A stretch of DNA of 63,838 bases, the filler included. It is 7 parts of 7 records of this genome, joined end to end, with 100 filler letters (N's around TTAATTAATTAA, not from the genome) between each part and the next. Parts side by side here need not be neighbours in the genome. Positions count along the whole stretch, not along the records: positions 1 to 8,009 come from SRR2962707_764; positions 8,110 to 13,338 come from SRR2962707_765; 5 more parts are not named here. One strand, written 5' to 3'. This document shows, one piece after another, positions 1 through 10,883 of the stretch. Both the position numbers and the translations under genes were made by a program. The notes under the pieces are model-generated. The model made no database searches, was not told where the DNA came from, and was given only the letters and a program-made list of their open reading frames with translations. Every line of letters begins with the position of its first letter. Positions within the stretch are counted from its first letter, which is position 1.

Positions 1-2
1 CA

Positions 3-3000
3 AGCGCTTGTGGATTGTGCGAGCCAGGTCGATTTCAGAATTTCACGGGCGCTACTTCGGCCTGCACTTCCTGTGCTCCGGGTTTTTTTGCAGATGCTCA
101 CGGCACCATTGCTTGCGGAGTGTGCAGCGCCGGTTTTTTTTCCGATGCAGGGAGGGCCTTGTGCGAACCATGCCCTGTTGGCAAATTTCAAAACAAGCGT
201 GGCCAATGTGAATGTGACAGTTGCCCCGCAGGTTATTTCCAGAATACCACAGGCAGTGGCTCGATGTGCCACGCGTGTGCCCTAGGGCACTTTCAGCTGA
301 GCAATGGTACAGCGTCATGTATATTGTGCAGCGCAGGAAAGTTTCAGAACAGCACGGCGAGTGGCTCGGAGTGTATCATGTGCCCTCAGGGACATTTTGA
401 GCGCACAAATGGCAGCTCGCAGTGTTCCGCTTGTACGATCGGTCGCTTCGCGTACCAACGTGGCCTCACCCAGTGTGTTGACTGCCCGTCCGGGCGCTTT
501 CAAAATGTCACTCATGCATCAGGTTGCCTGGCTTGCGCTGTTGGCCGATTTTCCAATGAATCGGGGCGAGTGTCACCTTGCACGGTGTGTGCGTATGGCC
601 GATACCAGAACGAAACGGGGAGGTCGTTGTGTGTTCCATGTGCCGCCGGCCATTTTCGCAGCCTTGACATGTCAGCCAGTGGTGCTACCTGCAATTCCTG
701 CGCTCCAGGACGGTATCAAAACACCACTGCACAAACAGTGTGCAATGAATGTGCCAGAGGCATGAGTCAGCACAGACACGGCGCTTCAACATGTAGGCAT
801 TGTCCGCCAGGTCGTTTCCAACCAGCGACAGGCAGCAACAGCTCCGGGTGCGAGGCATGCGTTGGAGGGTGGTTTACAGCGCAGAGTGGTGCGTCAATGT
901 GCGAGAAATGCCCTTCTGGACGATTTAGAGTCGGTGGTGATGATGGTGCTGGGAGTGTGTGTGAAGCATGCCGCATTGGCTTTTTCCAGTTGTCCACAGG
1001 ACGAACAGCGTGCGACCCATGTCCGCCCGGGAAGTTTTCCAACATCTCGGGCTTGAACGAACCGTGCAGGTTGTGCGACCCAGGGCAGTTCCAACCAGGT
1101 CAAGCGGAGTCTATCTGCGTTTTGTGCTCACCTGGCAGGTTTCAGCTGGCTGCCGGAGGGTCGTCTGGCTGTCAAGCGTGCATTGCTGGAACACATGCCG
1201 TGTCCGGTGGACACAGCCATTGCCCTCGCTGCAACCGTGGGCAATTTGAGAATAAAACAGGCAGCACTGCTCCATGCATATTATGCCGTCCTGGACAGTT
1301 CCAGCATTTGGCCGGAGGTACAACGTGCGAACCTTGCCCGGCAGGCTTTGTTGCCGGCACTTGGAACGCATCGACTTGCTTGGCTTGCCAATCCGGGCGT
1401 TTCCAGATGAAAACTGGAGGTTCGAAGTGCGTCTTGTGTGAGCCTGGTCGATTCGAAAAGGATACCGGAAGCTCCTCGTCGTGTTCAAACTGTAGTCAAG
1501 GGACGATTAAAAACTCTTCCGGAGCTTCGAGCTGTTCGTTTTGCGTAGTGGGGCGATATGAAAACTCGACGGGAAGTAGTGTCGACAATTGTGCGCTTTG
1601 TGCGCTTGGATTCTACGCCAATACAACTGGTGCCGCGATGTGCCTTCCTTGTGAGCCAGGAACACATGGTCACGAAGTTGGCCTGACAGGTTGCCACCGT
1701 TGTCGACCTGGCAAGTTTCAGACAAAAGAAAGCAAAAGCGCTTGCAACCCATGCCCGATGGGGAAGTTTCAGCCAAGAAGCGGAAGTGACTCAGCATGCA
1801 TTGAGTGCCCGTCAGGCTTGTTCCAGAATTCCACTGGAGGATCCCGTTGTCTGGCATGCAGTCCCGGAACGTTTCAGGACGTGCCGGGCAGCCTCTCTGC
1901 ATGCTCCAGATGCCCTGCTGGGTTGTTCCAAAACGCGTCAGGAAAATCCTTCTGCACAGTGTGCCCAACTGGAAAGTTTCAAAATCGTAGTGGATCACCG
2001 CAGTGCTTGCCTTGCGCACCGGGAAAATTTGTGAACACGACGCGAAGCACAGAATGCAAAAGTTGTGCGCCTGGCTTTTTCAGCCAACAAGGCATGGCTG
2101 TCTGTAGTGCATGTCAGCCAGGGCGGTTTATGGCCAAGCGAGGGGCTTCGAAATGCACTCTGTGTGTGGCTGGTCAGTACCAAACTGGGGCGGAAGCCCA
2201 GGGTGGCAGCCCGAAGTGCATCGATTGTGCCGCTGGGTTTTTTCAGAAAGGGGAGGGAGAAAGTGAATGTGTTGCGTGTGAAAGTGGATATTTCCAAAAT
2301 CGCTCGGCCGCCGTGTCGTGCAAGCCTTGTTTGCCCGGCTTCGTCGCGGAGGCTCGTGGTTTGTCAGTTTGTAGTCGATGCGAGCTCGGTCGTTTCGCTA
2401 GTGGCACAAATTGGACATCATGCCAGGATTGCGGACTTGGATATGTTTCAACCGGGGCTTCTCACTGTGAAACTTGCCCCGACTCAGCATTTTCCGCTGT
2501 CCCCCGCGCCACAGTGTGCACAGCGTGCCCCATTGGCCGCCATGCTCCAAGCGGCAAGTCCACCTGTGAGATGTGCCCTGAGGGACAGTTTCGACACATC
2601 GCAAATATCAGTATGCGGTGCATGGACTGCATGGAGGGGCGCTTCAGTGATGCTCGCGGATCCTTTTGTTCTGAATGCGGAAGTGGACAATTTCAAAACG
2701 GCACTATGTTCGTTGGACAGCGACCTCAAGCCATCTGTGTGTATTGTCCTGCAGGCACGTACCGGTGGATGGCTGATGGGCACAGTTATGAACAACCTGT
2801 CTTCGAGACCACAGCGGCGATTGCGACAACTGCGCACCCGGCCTTGAGCACTTTTGCTCCAATTACAACCGACAACAGGTTGACTGACGCGCTCAGCGAA
2901 CCGACATTTCGACGTAGTCTCACAACGTCCAAAGTGGCCTCGTTTTATGATTCATCCGACTGGATGGTCGCCGGGCTGGGGTGCTTGAAGTGTCCTCCAT

Positions 3001-6000
3001 CACACTTCTCTCTTCCTGGCAGCCGAAATTGTAGTCGGTGTCCAATTGGTAAGTTAGGAGGATGTGGCCCGACGCGCACTGATCCGTGTCCATCAGCAGC
3101 TTGTTATTGCAATGATAAAGACGTCGATGGCGTCTGCGACGAAGAGGATAGTTGTCCAGCAGATTTTCTTAACGATGAAGATGTTGATGGCATCTGCGAT
3201 GGGCAAGACTCGTGTCTTTTTGACCCCGAAAACGACGAAGACAGTGACTCAATGTGTACTCGTGTCGACTCGTGTGCCTCGGATTCCGACAATGATAAAG
3301 ATGGTGACTTCATTTGTGGGAATGTCGACTCATGCCCACGGGACGCCCGCAACGACGCTGACTCTGACCTGCTTTGCTATGAAGTTGATGAATGCCCACT
3401 GGACCCTGAAAACGATGCTGACCAAGACAATTTGTGTTTACAGCTCGATTCGTGTCCGAGCGACCCAGCGAATGACTTCGATGGCGATGCAATCTGCGGC
3501 AACGTGGATTCATGCCGCGAGGACTTCGACAACGACTTTGACAGCGACAAATTGTGCGCAGAAGTAGACCTCTGCCCCCACGATGCTGAACATGACGCCG
3601 ACAGTGACGAGGTGTGCGGCGATGTCGACTCTTGTCCATTGGACGCCGGGAACGATATTGATAGCGATTCTCTCTGCCGACGCCACGACATTTGTTACTT
3701 GGACAACGAAAATGATATTGACAGTGACAACGTTTGTGGCAACCTGGACCAGTGCCCGTACGACGCAGACAATGATTTTGATCAAGATACGCTGTGTGGA
3801 AACATGGACATTTGTCCCGCAGATCCGGAGAACGATATTGATTCCGACGCGGTGTGTGGCAACAACGATTTGTGTCCTTGGGATTTCATGAATGATGCTG
3901 ACTCGGACCACGTTTGTGCCGGCGAAGATTCCTGTCCATTTGACGTAGATAATGATCTGGACTCTGACGATTTATGCAAGGAGCAAGATAGCTGTGCTCT
4001 CGACTTCGAAAACGATCAAGACTCTGACCAGCTGTGCTCAAATGTCGACACCTGTCCGTCTGACGCTGACAATGATGATGACTCAGACATGCTCTGCTTC
4101 GATGCCGACTCTTGCCCGGAAGATGCATTGAATGACTACGATTCCGACTTGGTGTGTGTTCGTGCAGATTCGTGCCCGTTCGATTACTTCAACGATGCAG
4201 ACTCGGACAATGTTTGCGTTCCTCGCGTTCCTGTCGATTCCTGTGGGCGTGCTACGGAGGCCATCCTTTCAGAGATTTACCCGTTCGGCAATTTGAGCGC
4301 CACCGCGGGATGCGGATTGAGCAAAGACACGCTGTTGCTGCAAGCCGATGCAGTTCTACGACAGGTTCAATTCAGGTTTGAGCGCTTCCATAACGCGTCA
4401 CAAGATGATTTTATTTCGCTGTTGTCTCGCCAAGTCGAATTGGTATCAACGGTTACATTTTTTGACGTTTGGACGTTAGAGTTTCAACTCTCAGCACCAG
4501 TGATTTTGTCGAACGAGGTTGTGCGTTGGTTGATTGGTCTTGTTGTGGGAGTGGGTAAAGGCTGGATTTCACTCGGGAATTCAGCTACGATGCCCGCTGT
4601 GCAACCGAACGCGACAACCGCTGCGTCATCGCTACTCTTGTCGGTGAGTGGAAGCGATGCTGCGATATCGAGTCGGCGCCATCTTTCCCATGACATCAGG
4701 TCTTGGATTGTGCACATTGACATGCGCGGGTTGGCGACTAAATTGCTTTGGGACCCCGATGCTGATGGGCTGCCCATCGGCTGGGATCTTTGCCCTCACG
4801 ACCCGCTCAACGATGTCGACAGTGACGGTCAATGCGAGTTGACAACGTGTTTTGACAACCTTGTTACGGGCACTGGGCATTTTGACTGTGTTGATTATGC
4901 TCCGTTTTCGAGAGAATTCCCACATTCTAGGGAAGGTTTTTGTGTGCAGGACCGCATGTGCACGGCATGCTCATGCACGTGCTATGGAGAGTGTCACAGT
5001 GCGGGTTTTTATGGCGACATGTGCCCTAACGACGACGGAAATGACCATGACCAGGACATGATATGTGATAGCTCGGACCTGTGTCCGCTGGACAAGGACA
5101 ACGATGCTGATAGCGATGGCCTTTGTGCACTTTCCATCGCCTGTTACTCGGTTTCATCCGGAAATAATGACGTTAGTTGTGATCGGTATGATGGCGGCGG
5201 TGACTTGGCTGGGCGTTGTACAGCGCATGACACATGCTTCGATTGTCCGTGTGCCTGCGCCTCAGAATGCAACCTATATTTCGACGTTTGTCCAAAGGAT
5301 TCACTCAACGACGCAGACGGTGATGGTATATGCGGGAACTTGGATTCATGTCCCGAAGATGGTACGAACGATTGGGATGGTGACAACCTTTGCTTCCCTG
5401 CCGACCCGTGCCCACGTGACGCGCTTAACGATGATGACTCTGACCTAATTTGCGACTCCGACGACTCCTGCCCTGACGATGCAGCAAACGATCTCGATGG
5501 TGATGGCATGTGTAACAACCTCACACCTTGGCTGTCAACACTTATCTCTTTTGACCTGGCTGTTCCTGGTGTCGACTTTGCCGGAGTGGTGGGCGCTGCT
5601 TGTGATGTTATGATTGGTCTTGGTTTACCATGCGTCAATGCGCTGCAAGACAACCAGACCAGCGCTGTGTCTTGCGGACGAGCTACTTACTACGAGGAGT
5701 CGTACGCGATTCAGTTTGCTCAAACAATGGATATGTCGTTCAGTGTCATGGCGCCAGCTATCGGAAATTCTTCCAGTAATGGTGGCTCCGTGAATACGTC
5801 TTCTTGCACTGAGGCCCCTGATCCCGTGCTTGCGGTTGCGATGGAACAAGCGTTGCGGCTGACTTTTTGTGATGCGTCGTGCGACGGAGGCGAGTGCTCC
5901 GTCAATGACTTGCTGCTACGTCGAAACTGTTCGACCGGTTCAATCATCGTCGAAACGACTATGTCTGGGAGTTTGGATACCGATGCACTCTCTTCGTCTC

Positions 6001-7238
6001 AAGAAGGAAGCCAATCAAACAGTGATACATCCACTTTTTCCTTTGGGGATGAAAGTGCCGAGATTCTTAATAACGTCGGTTTGGTTGTTGCAGACTCGGA
6101 GGGCTCCACCGCCGTTCGTGCAACAGTTACCAATTCTATATCTGTGAACGTTTTCCTGGGAGCCGACGTTCGCAACGGAGCCGTGTTTGGCCATGGCTCA
6201 CTTGATAACAGTGTCTTCACGGGCGACAGCAGTTGGCTTGTGGATCTTGTCCAAAACAGCGTCAACGACTACTCTGGGAATACCGACGATGCTCAGCCGT
6301 CAACCCCACAGCCCACTGTGACAGTCAGTCCTGCCCCTGCACCGCTGGATACTGGCGCAGGCAGCGTGGTCCAGAATCCACATGAAGCTATGATGGTTGG
6401 AATTGGTGTAGGTACATCCGTTGTTGTGATCCTCGTTGCAGCGATCGTGCTGGTCATTTTCTGCCGACGAAAACTTGGAGGGCTTTGTGGTTGCAAGAAC
6501 CATCGCCGTGTCGTGGCTGTGTCGCGCCACGATGCAAAATTTACTGGTTCGAAACAGAGTCGCCATCGATCTTCAGCAGAAGGTCGCCATGCCCCGCGGC
6601 AGCAGCGCAATTTTGTTCGCAACGACGCAAGGCGAACCATCCGTCGCCACCAATCTAGCGTACGGGCAGACGACCAAGTACCGTTGGCAGTCCGATTGTC
6701 CGCCGTAGGACATCAATTGAGTTCTGGCGTGGGCCGGACAACTTTTGTCAACCTTGACGAACCGTTGGATGAGTTGCAAGTCGCACCGCGAGCGACTCAG
6801 ACACAACAACATGACGAAGTTGGTTCACCGCAGATGTGTTCGGGCCCACAATCGGCCAACAGCACACACGCTGTTCGCCGCATCACAATGGCTCGTGACG
6901 CTTGGTCGGCCGAAGAGGTCACTCAAGAGGTCAGCCTTGCACAAATCTCAGAAGGTGAGCGTCACGGGACGCCTTGCCAAAGCTTACAGCAACCCGATGC
7001 TCACCGACCTGCCAAACGGTTCCGGCGGCGCAAGCTTCGTCGGTTGACTTCCAGCACGCGAGCTGTGCGGGTGAAGAGACATCGAAAACTCCTCAATCGG
7101 TACGTGAACAAGGAAGCATCACAAGTCGAAGCGCAGCACACTATTGCCGGCCTTGAGGAAAGCCAGTTCGCCAGCTCCGAGGCTACGACGGCGACTGTCG
7201 ATGTCACTGTGGAAGCCTCTAGCAAGTGCCAGATTTGA
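3..7238 (+). CDS. Giant type-I membrane protein, 5'-partial: Cys-rich CxxCxxGxF (GCC2/GCC3, ephrin-receptor-like/TNFR-like) repeats, thrombospondin type-3-like Asp-rich repeats, one TM helix, basic cytoplasmic tail
   Basis: Frame is open from the contig edge. Roughly 50 CxxCxxGxFQ units (~15-2770). 21-aa DxDxDxxCxxxDxCPxDxxN units (~3111-4220 and ~4750-5520). Hydrophobic MMVGIGVGTSVVVILVAAIVLVIFC followed by RRK (~6390-6473). Confidence 0.85.
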   Translation, partial: SACGLCEPGRFQNFTGATSACTSCAPGFFADAHGTIACGVCSAGFFSDAGRALCEPCPVGKFQNKRGQCECDSCPAGYFQNTTGSGSMCHACALGHFQLSNGTASCILCSAGKFQNSTASGSECIMCPQGHFERTNGSSQCSACTIGRFAYQRGLTQCVDCPSGRFQNVTHASGCLACAVGRFSNESGRVSPCTVCAYGRYQNETGRSLCVPCAAGHFRSLDMSASGATCNSCAPGRYQNTTAQTVCNECARGMSQHRHGASTCRHCPPGRFQPATGSNSSGCEACVGGWFTAQSGASMCEKCPSGRFRVGGDDGAGSVCEACRIGFFQLSTGRTACDPCPPGKFSNISGLNEPCRLCDPGQFQPGQAESICVLCSPGRFQLAAGGSSGCQACIAGTHAVSGGHSHCPRCNRGQFENKTGSTAPCILCRPGQFQHLAGGTTCEPCPAGFVAGTWNASTCLACQSGRFQMKTGGSKCVLCEPGRFEKDTGSSSSCSNCSQGTIKNSSGASSCSFCVVGRYENSTGSSVDNCALCALGFYANTTGAAMCLPCEPGTHGHEVGLTGCHRCRPGKFQTKESKSACNPCPMGKFQPRSGSDSACIECPSGLFQNSTGGSRCLACSPGTFQDVPGSLSACSRCPAGLFQNASGKSFCTVCPTGKFQNRSGSPQCLPCAPGKFVNTTRSTECKSCAPGFFSQQGMAVCSACQPGRFMAKRGASKCTLCVAGQYQTGAEAQGGSPKCIDCAAGFFQKGEGESECVACESGYFQNRSAAVSCKPCLPGFVAEARGLSVCSRCELGRFASGTNWTSCQDCGLGYVSTGASHCETCPDSAFSAVPRATVCTACPIGRHAPSGKSTCEMCPEGQFRHIANISMRCMDCMEGRFSDARGSFCSECGSGQFQNGTMFVGQRPQAICVYCPAGTYRWMADGHSYEQPVFETTAAIATTAHPALSTFAPITTDNRLTDALSEPTFRRSLTTSKVASFYDSSDWMVAGLGCLKCPPSHFSLPGSRNCSRCPIGKLGGCGPTRTDPCPSAACYCNDKDVDGVCDEEDSCPADFLNDEDVDGICDGQDSCLFDPENDEDSDSMCTRVDSCASDSDNDKDGDFICGNVDSCPRDARNDADSDLLCYEVDECPLDPENDADQDNLCLQLDSCPSDPANDFDGDAICGNVDSCREDFDNDFDSDKLCAEVDLCPHDAEHDADSDEVCGDVDSCPLDAGNDIDSDSLCRRHDICYLDNENDIDSDNVCGNLDQCPYDADNDFDQDTLCGNMDICPADPENDIDSDAVCGNNDLCPWDFMNDADSDHVCAGEDSCPFDVDNDLDSDDLCKEQDSCALDFENDQDSDQLCSNVDTCPSDADNDDDSDMLCFDADSCPEDALNDYDSDLVCVRADSCPFDYFNDADSDNVCVPRVPVDSCGRATEAILSEIYPFGNLSATAGCGLSKDTLLLQADAVLRQVQFRFERFHNASQDDFISLLSRQVELVSTVTFFDVWTLEFQLSAPVILSNEVVRWLIGLVVGVGKGWISLGNSATMPAVQPNATTAASSLLLSVSGSDAAISSRRHLSHDIRSWIVHIDMRGLATKLLWDPDADGLPIGWDLCPHDPLNDVDSDGQCELTTCFDNLVTGTGHFDCVDYAPFSREFPHSREGFCVQDRMCTACSCTCYGECHSAGFYGDMCPNDDGNDHDQDMICDSSDLCPLDKDNDADSDGLCALSIACYSVSSGNNDVSCDRYDGGGDLAGRCTAHDTCFDCPCACASECNLYFDVCPKDSLNDADGDGICGNLDSCPEDGTNDWDGDNLCFPADPCPRDALNDDDSDLICDSDDSCPDDAANDLDGDGMCNNLTPWLSTLISFDLAVPGVDFAGVVGAACDVMIGLGLPCVNALQDNQTSAVSCGRATYYEESYAIQFAQTMDMSFSVMAPAIGNSSSNGGSVNTSSCTEAPDPVLAVAMEQALRLTFCDASCDGGECSVNDLLLRRNCSTGSIIVETTMSGSLDTDALSSSQEGSQSNSDTSTFSFGDESAEILNNVGLVVADSEGSTAVRATVTNSISVNVFLGADVRNGAVFGHGSLDNSVFTGDSSWLVDLVQNSVNDYSGNTDDAQPSTPQPTVTVSPAPAPLDTGAGSVVQNPHEAMMVGIGVGTSVVVILVAAIVLVIFCRRKLGGLCGCKNHRRVVAVSRHDAKFTGSKQSRHRSSAEGRHAPRQQRNFVRNDARRTIRRHQSSVRADDQVPLAVRLSAVGHQLSSGVGRTTFVNLDEPLDELQVAPRATQTQQHDEVGSPQMCSGPQSANSTHAVRRITMARDAWSAEEVTQEVSLAQISEGERHGTPCQSLQQPDAHRPAKRFRRRKLRRLTSSTRAVRVKRHRKLLNRYVNKEASQVEAQHTIAGLEESQFASSEATTATVDVTVEASSKCQI

Positions 7239-8009
7239 GGCACCGCGGTTGGATGCAACACTCACTGCGTCGACATTTCGTAGCCCCAACACGCGTTCGG
7301 ACGGGACTTTTTAATGCCGACGTGTTGCGGGGCACCCTGTGACAGCGCTAGAACAGAAATAATAGTGCAAGTAATAGTGATTGAATTCAGTCCACTAAAC
7401 TCCAATGGTAGACCAAAAGGTGAAGTCAAATAATAATTAGCAAAATTGTATTCATCACCTCAAAGTGATAAAAAAACAGCTGCATGCATGAAACGGATAA
7501 ACCAGCGGAACCCTGAACGGGCCCACCAAGAATGAAAACGGCCCAAATATGATGAACATAAAAAGGGGCAGCATCATGGCAACTTCCTTTCCACGATTGT
7601 CCAGCACACGGCGGCTTACGGGGCAATGGATGCTCTAAATGTCTCTTCTGGCCTTCCCTGCGCCGCCTCCGCACTAGCTCCCTCAACAAACCAGTCACGT
7701 GGTGGCGTTGCAGGCATTCTGCAACCCTCGCATTGATCCGCCCCATTGCTGCCTTGTTCCGCTCGCTGGCCGCTGCTCATTGATTGTAAATCATTATAAA
7801 AAAAATTGCCCTACAACGAGAGCTGATCATAAAACCCAGCTACGGTCTTATTTAGCGCATCACGTGGAACGGGCATAATGGTTTGCTCTTGTGCACGCAA
7901 AGGATGGTTGATCGCGGTGGCTTTTGCAAGTTTGTTGGAGTCATCAACTGCTTTGCTGTGCCATAGGTTGCAGGCTTCTCGGGTACTACGAACCCTTGCC
8001 CTTAATAAG

Positions 8010-8109
8010 NNNNNNNNNNNNNNNNNNNNNNNNNNNNNNNNNNNNNNNNNNNNTTAATTAATTAANNNNNNNNNNNNNNNNNNNNNNNNNNNNNNNNNNN
8101 NNNNNNNNN
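8010..8109. other. Artificial contig linker (N44-TTAATTAATTAA-N44); same structure at 13339-13438, 21519-21618, 28972-29071, 42316-42415, 58721-58820
   Basis: Identical 100-nt structure with a six-frame-stop 12-mer. Gene content and apparent taxon change across several of the linkers. Confidence 0.98.
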
Positions 8110-8142
8110 TGTGCGTGTGTGTGTGTGCGTGTGTGTGTTGTG
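8110..8142. repeat. Imperfect (GT)n microsatellite at contig start
   Basis: tgtgcgtgtgtgtgtgtgcgtgtgtgtgttgtg directly after the linker. Confidence 0.85.
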
Positions 8143-8270
8143 CCTTTTTTTTCTGTCGTTTTTGCGTTGGTGTGCAAAAGGTGTGTGCGAGGCTGGTGTG
8201 TGCGGTGCGTGGTGTTTGGTGTTGCCGGTGTGGATCGGAGGGGGAGTGGGTATTTCGGCTGTGAGCCAGC

Positions 8271-10667
8271 ATGGCAGACCCCATCCCATTGTTGGACAAG
8301 AGTTCGGACGGTGACGAGCACATTGGGGGTGTAGCGGAGAAGCGGACGCTGTTTGCGCGCCGGTGGTACATTCTTTTTGTCTTGTCACTCATTGCCTGCG
8401 TTCAGGCAAGTCATTGAGCATGCGTGCATCGTGGTGTTTGTTGCATGCTTGCGTATTGCCAAAGAACCGATTGTTTTTCGTTGCCAAAAGCGCGAACGCA
8501 TTTCGTGTCGTGCGCCTCATGCCATCCTCGTGTGCTATAATCGACAGGGGTGGGTGTGGAACACATATGGGCCAATTGCTATCACGACGTTGAATTCCAC
8601 TGTGTTTAACTGGAACGACGCTATTGTTGCGTGGATGGCACTGTGGGGCCCGGTCGGCTATTTCATTGCCTTCGCGCCTACGGCTTGGATGCTGGACGTC
8701 CTTCAGATGCGTCCAACAGCCATTACTGCGGCAGCTCTCGTTTTGGCTGGATGTCTTGTGCGAATGATCTCTACTGACAATGTGCCTCTGCACAATGGCA
8801 CCAATGTTACACTGACAATGGTTGTGCAGCACGTGGGGCAGATGCTGAACGGGCTCGCCGGGCCTTTTTCAATGAGTGCGGGCACTGTGCTCTCTGCAGC
8901 GTGGTTTGCGCCAAAGGAACGCACTATTTCGACGGCTATCTTTTGCACTGCGAATCAGGTGTGTTCGTCGATTTGGCACGTGGTTGGGTCCCTGTGTCTG
9001 TTTTGCACGAACATGTGTAACACCATGCATGTTCGTTTGTGGGCGCAACCTTCTTCGTGTGGGTCGCTTACTTTTTGTTTTATGGGGCGCCGAGAAGGTT
9101 GGGGTTACGATCAGCTACATTGCTGGTCCACAACTGGTTCCTGTGCATGGAACGGTAGACGACGTGCGCTTTTACCTTTGGGTTTGCGTTGGTGCAGCAG
9201 CACTGACGTTTGTGCTAGCAGTGGCATACTTGCCATCGAAGCCACCAGCAGGTGCATTGTATTCCTGCGTTTTTCACTGAGACGCATGGTCCGTGACTTC
9301 CTTACAAGACACTGCCGCACCCCTGCTTGTATGATCATGGCCGCAGGCTTTGAACCATCGTCGTCTGCCGCAGTTGAGCGCATCCCTATTCGCGAAGGGG
9401 TGGGACTGCTACTCCACAATCGGAATTTTTGGCTTGTCACCATTGCATACGCCTTTTGCACGGGATTCTACGCTGGATGGGGTCCGCTCTATGCTCTTAT
9501 TGTCAATTGGCTTGGTCCTAGCATAGCACCCGATCCACAGGTGAGGTTCCACGGCACTGACTTGATTGTGGTTTGCACAATGCCAAAGCCCTCACGTTAA
9601 ATAATTGGTTTGGATGGATTTACTCAGAAAACAGCATCGTGGATTGGATTTTGGAGCAACATTGCCGCAAATCTTGCTGGCATGCTCTTTGCATGGATTC
9701 TCGACCGTGGGCTCGGTCGGAAGCGGGTGTGTGAAGCAGACTAATTGAATGCATTGTCTGGTGGCTACTTTGAAAATAAGAGACAATCATGCTGTTGTTA
9801 GATAAGCGTCTGTGTGTTTTTTGCTATTTTGCTTCCAACAGTTGAAGGCGCTGTTGATCGTCATTTCCGCACTTGGCGCATTGTCATATGCGGTGTTTGC
9901 AGTATTGATTGCCGAAAAGTCGTGGCTGCAGGTGTGTTTTTGGAATTCGCTCGCAGGCAAGAATGTTCATGGTAGACAATGACGATTGCCAACTGCAAGC
10001 TGGACGATGGGAGGGATTAAGCGTGGGATCGAAGGTTGTGCATGGTGAAGCTTGCTCGTGCCAAGTCTCCTTTGATTGTTTGTGACGCGGATTGTCATTG
10101 ATAGGTTGCTGGACTTCCAACCGTGTACATACTCTGCATCCTTTCAGCTTGCTTTGTCATGGGAACCGTGCCCATGTACTACGAGTTGGCAGTTGACACC
10201 GTGTATCCAGTTGCAGAGGGCTTAACCACGACTGTTCTCACTGTCACGAACAACCTGGGCGCTTTCATTTTTATGCTTTTGCCCATTGTTGGCGTTGGTA
10301 TGTACTCCGAACATTTTGTTTGAGGTCGCTACTGCTTTGTGACGTTCATGATTCAGCTCTGCAGCATAGCATTCAATCTGTCCCACTGTTGCAATACCCA
10401 GGAATAGGGGACTGGGTGAACTACTCGGTCGGCGGGGCGTGCATTCTTTCCATTATCATGATGTTGATTTTCCGTGGACGGCTGAAACGGTTTGATGAGG
10501 ACAATGCGCAACATGCGCAGAGAAACGGCAGCGGTACCGTCGATGGGTCGAAACGACAGACTATTGACTCTGCGGAAGATTCTACCGGCGATGGAAGTAT
10601 CTTCCGAGGTCGAATGACTAGCGCTGACTGCTATGCAACCACTGGTGCCACCGAGCAAGACGTGTGA
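8271..10667 (+). CDS. Multi-exon MFS transporter, SLC49 family (SLC49A4/DIRC2-FLVCR-like)
   Basis: Manual splicing: exon 8271-8405, intron 8406-8547 (GC-AG), exon 8548-8958, intron 8959-9097, exon 9098-9251, intron 9252-9346, exon 9347-9540, intron 9541-9627, then further exons to the stop at 10667. This gives RRWYILFVLSLIACVQ/GWVWNTYGPI, GQMLNGLAGP, WFAPKERTISTAI and YELAVDTVYPVAEG, typical SLC49 motifs. Confidence 0.85.
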
Positions 10668-10883
10668 TCATTGGCCCGTGAGCAGCACTTCTCGGCTTGG
10701 TGTGCAATGTACGTTTTGTGATCTCCGCTCAGCCATCGCAAAAAAAGCAGTCGTGGCTTGCAATTGTGTGCATTGTAAAATTATCAACTCAACCCAAGTC
10801 GCCGCCCCAGCGTGATCCATCGACCAGCTGCGCGGGGCACAAGACAGACCTCGAGACTTCACCAACATCAAACTAGGCTGGCT

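Noticed and set aside
3111-4220. 63-nt periodic repeats as a possible CRISPR array
   Set aside because: They are degenerate in-frame coding repeats with synonymous variation. There is no constant repeat with unique spacers and no cas gene.
7426-8009. Minus-strand 106-aa ORF and AT-richer contig end as a gene or transposon end
   Set aside because: No recognisable domain, terminal repeat or target-site duplication.
8353-9600. 415-aa ORF read as a frameshifted MFS pseudogene
   Set aside because: The frame changes are explained by spliceosomal introns that restore family motifs.
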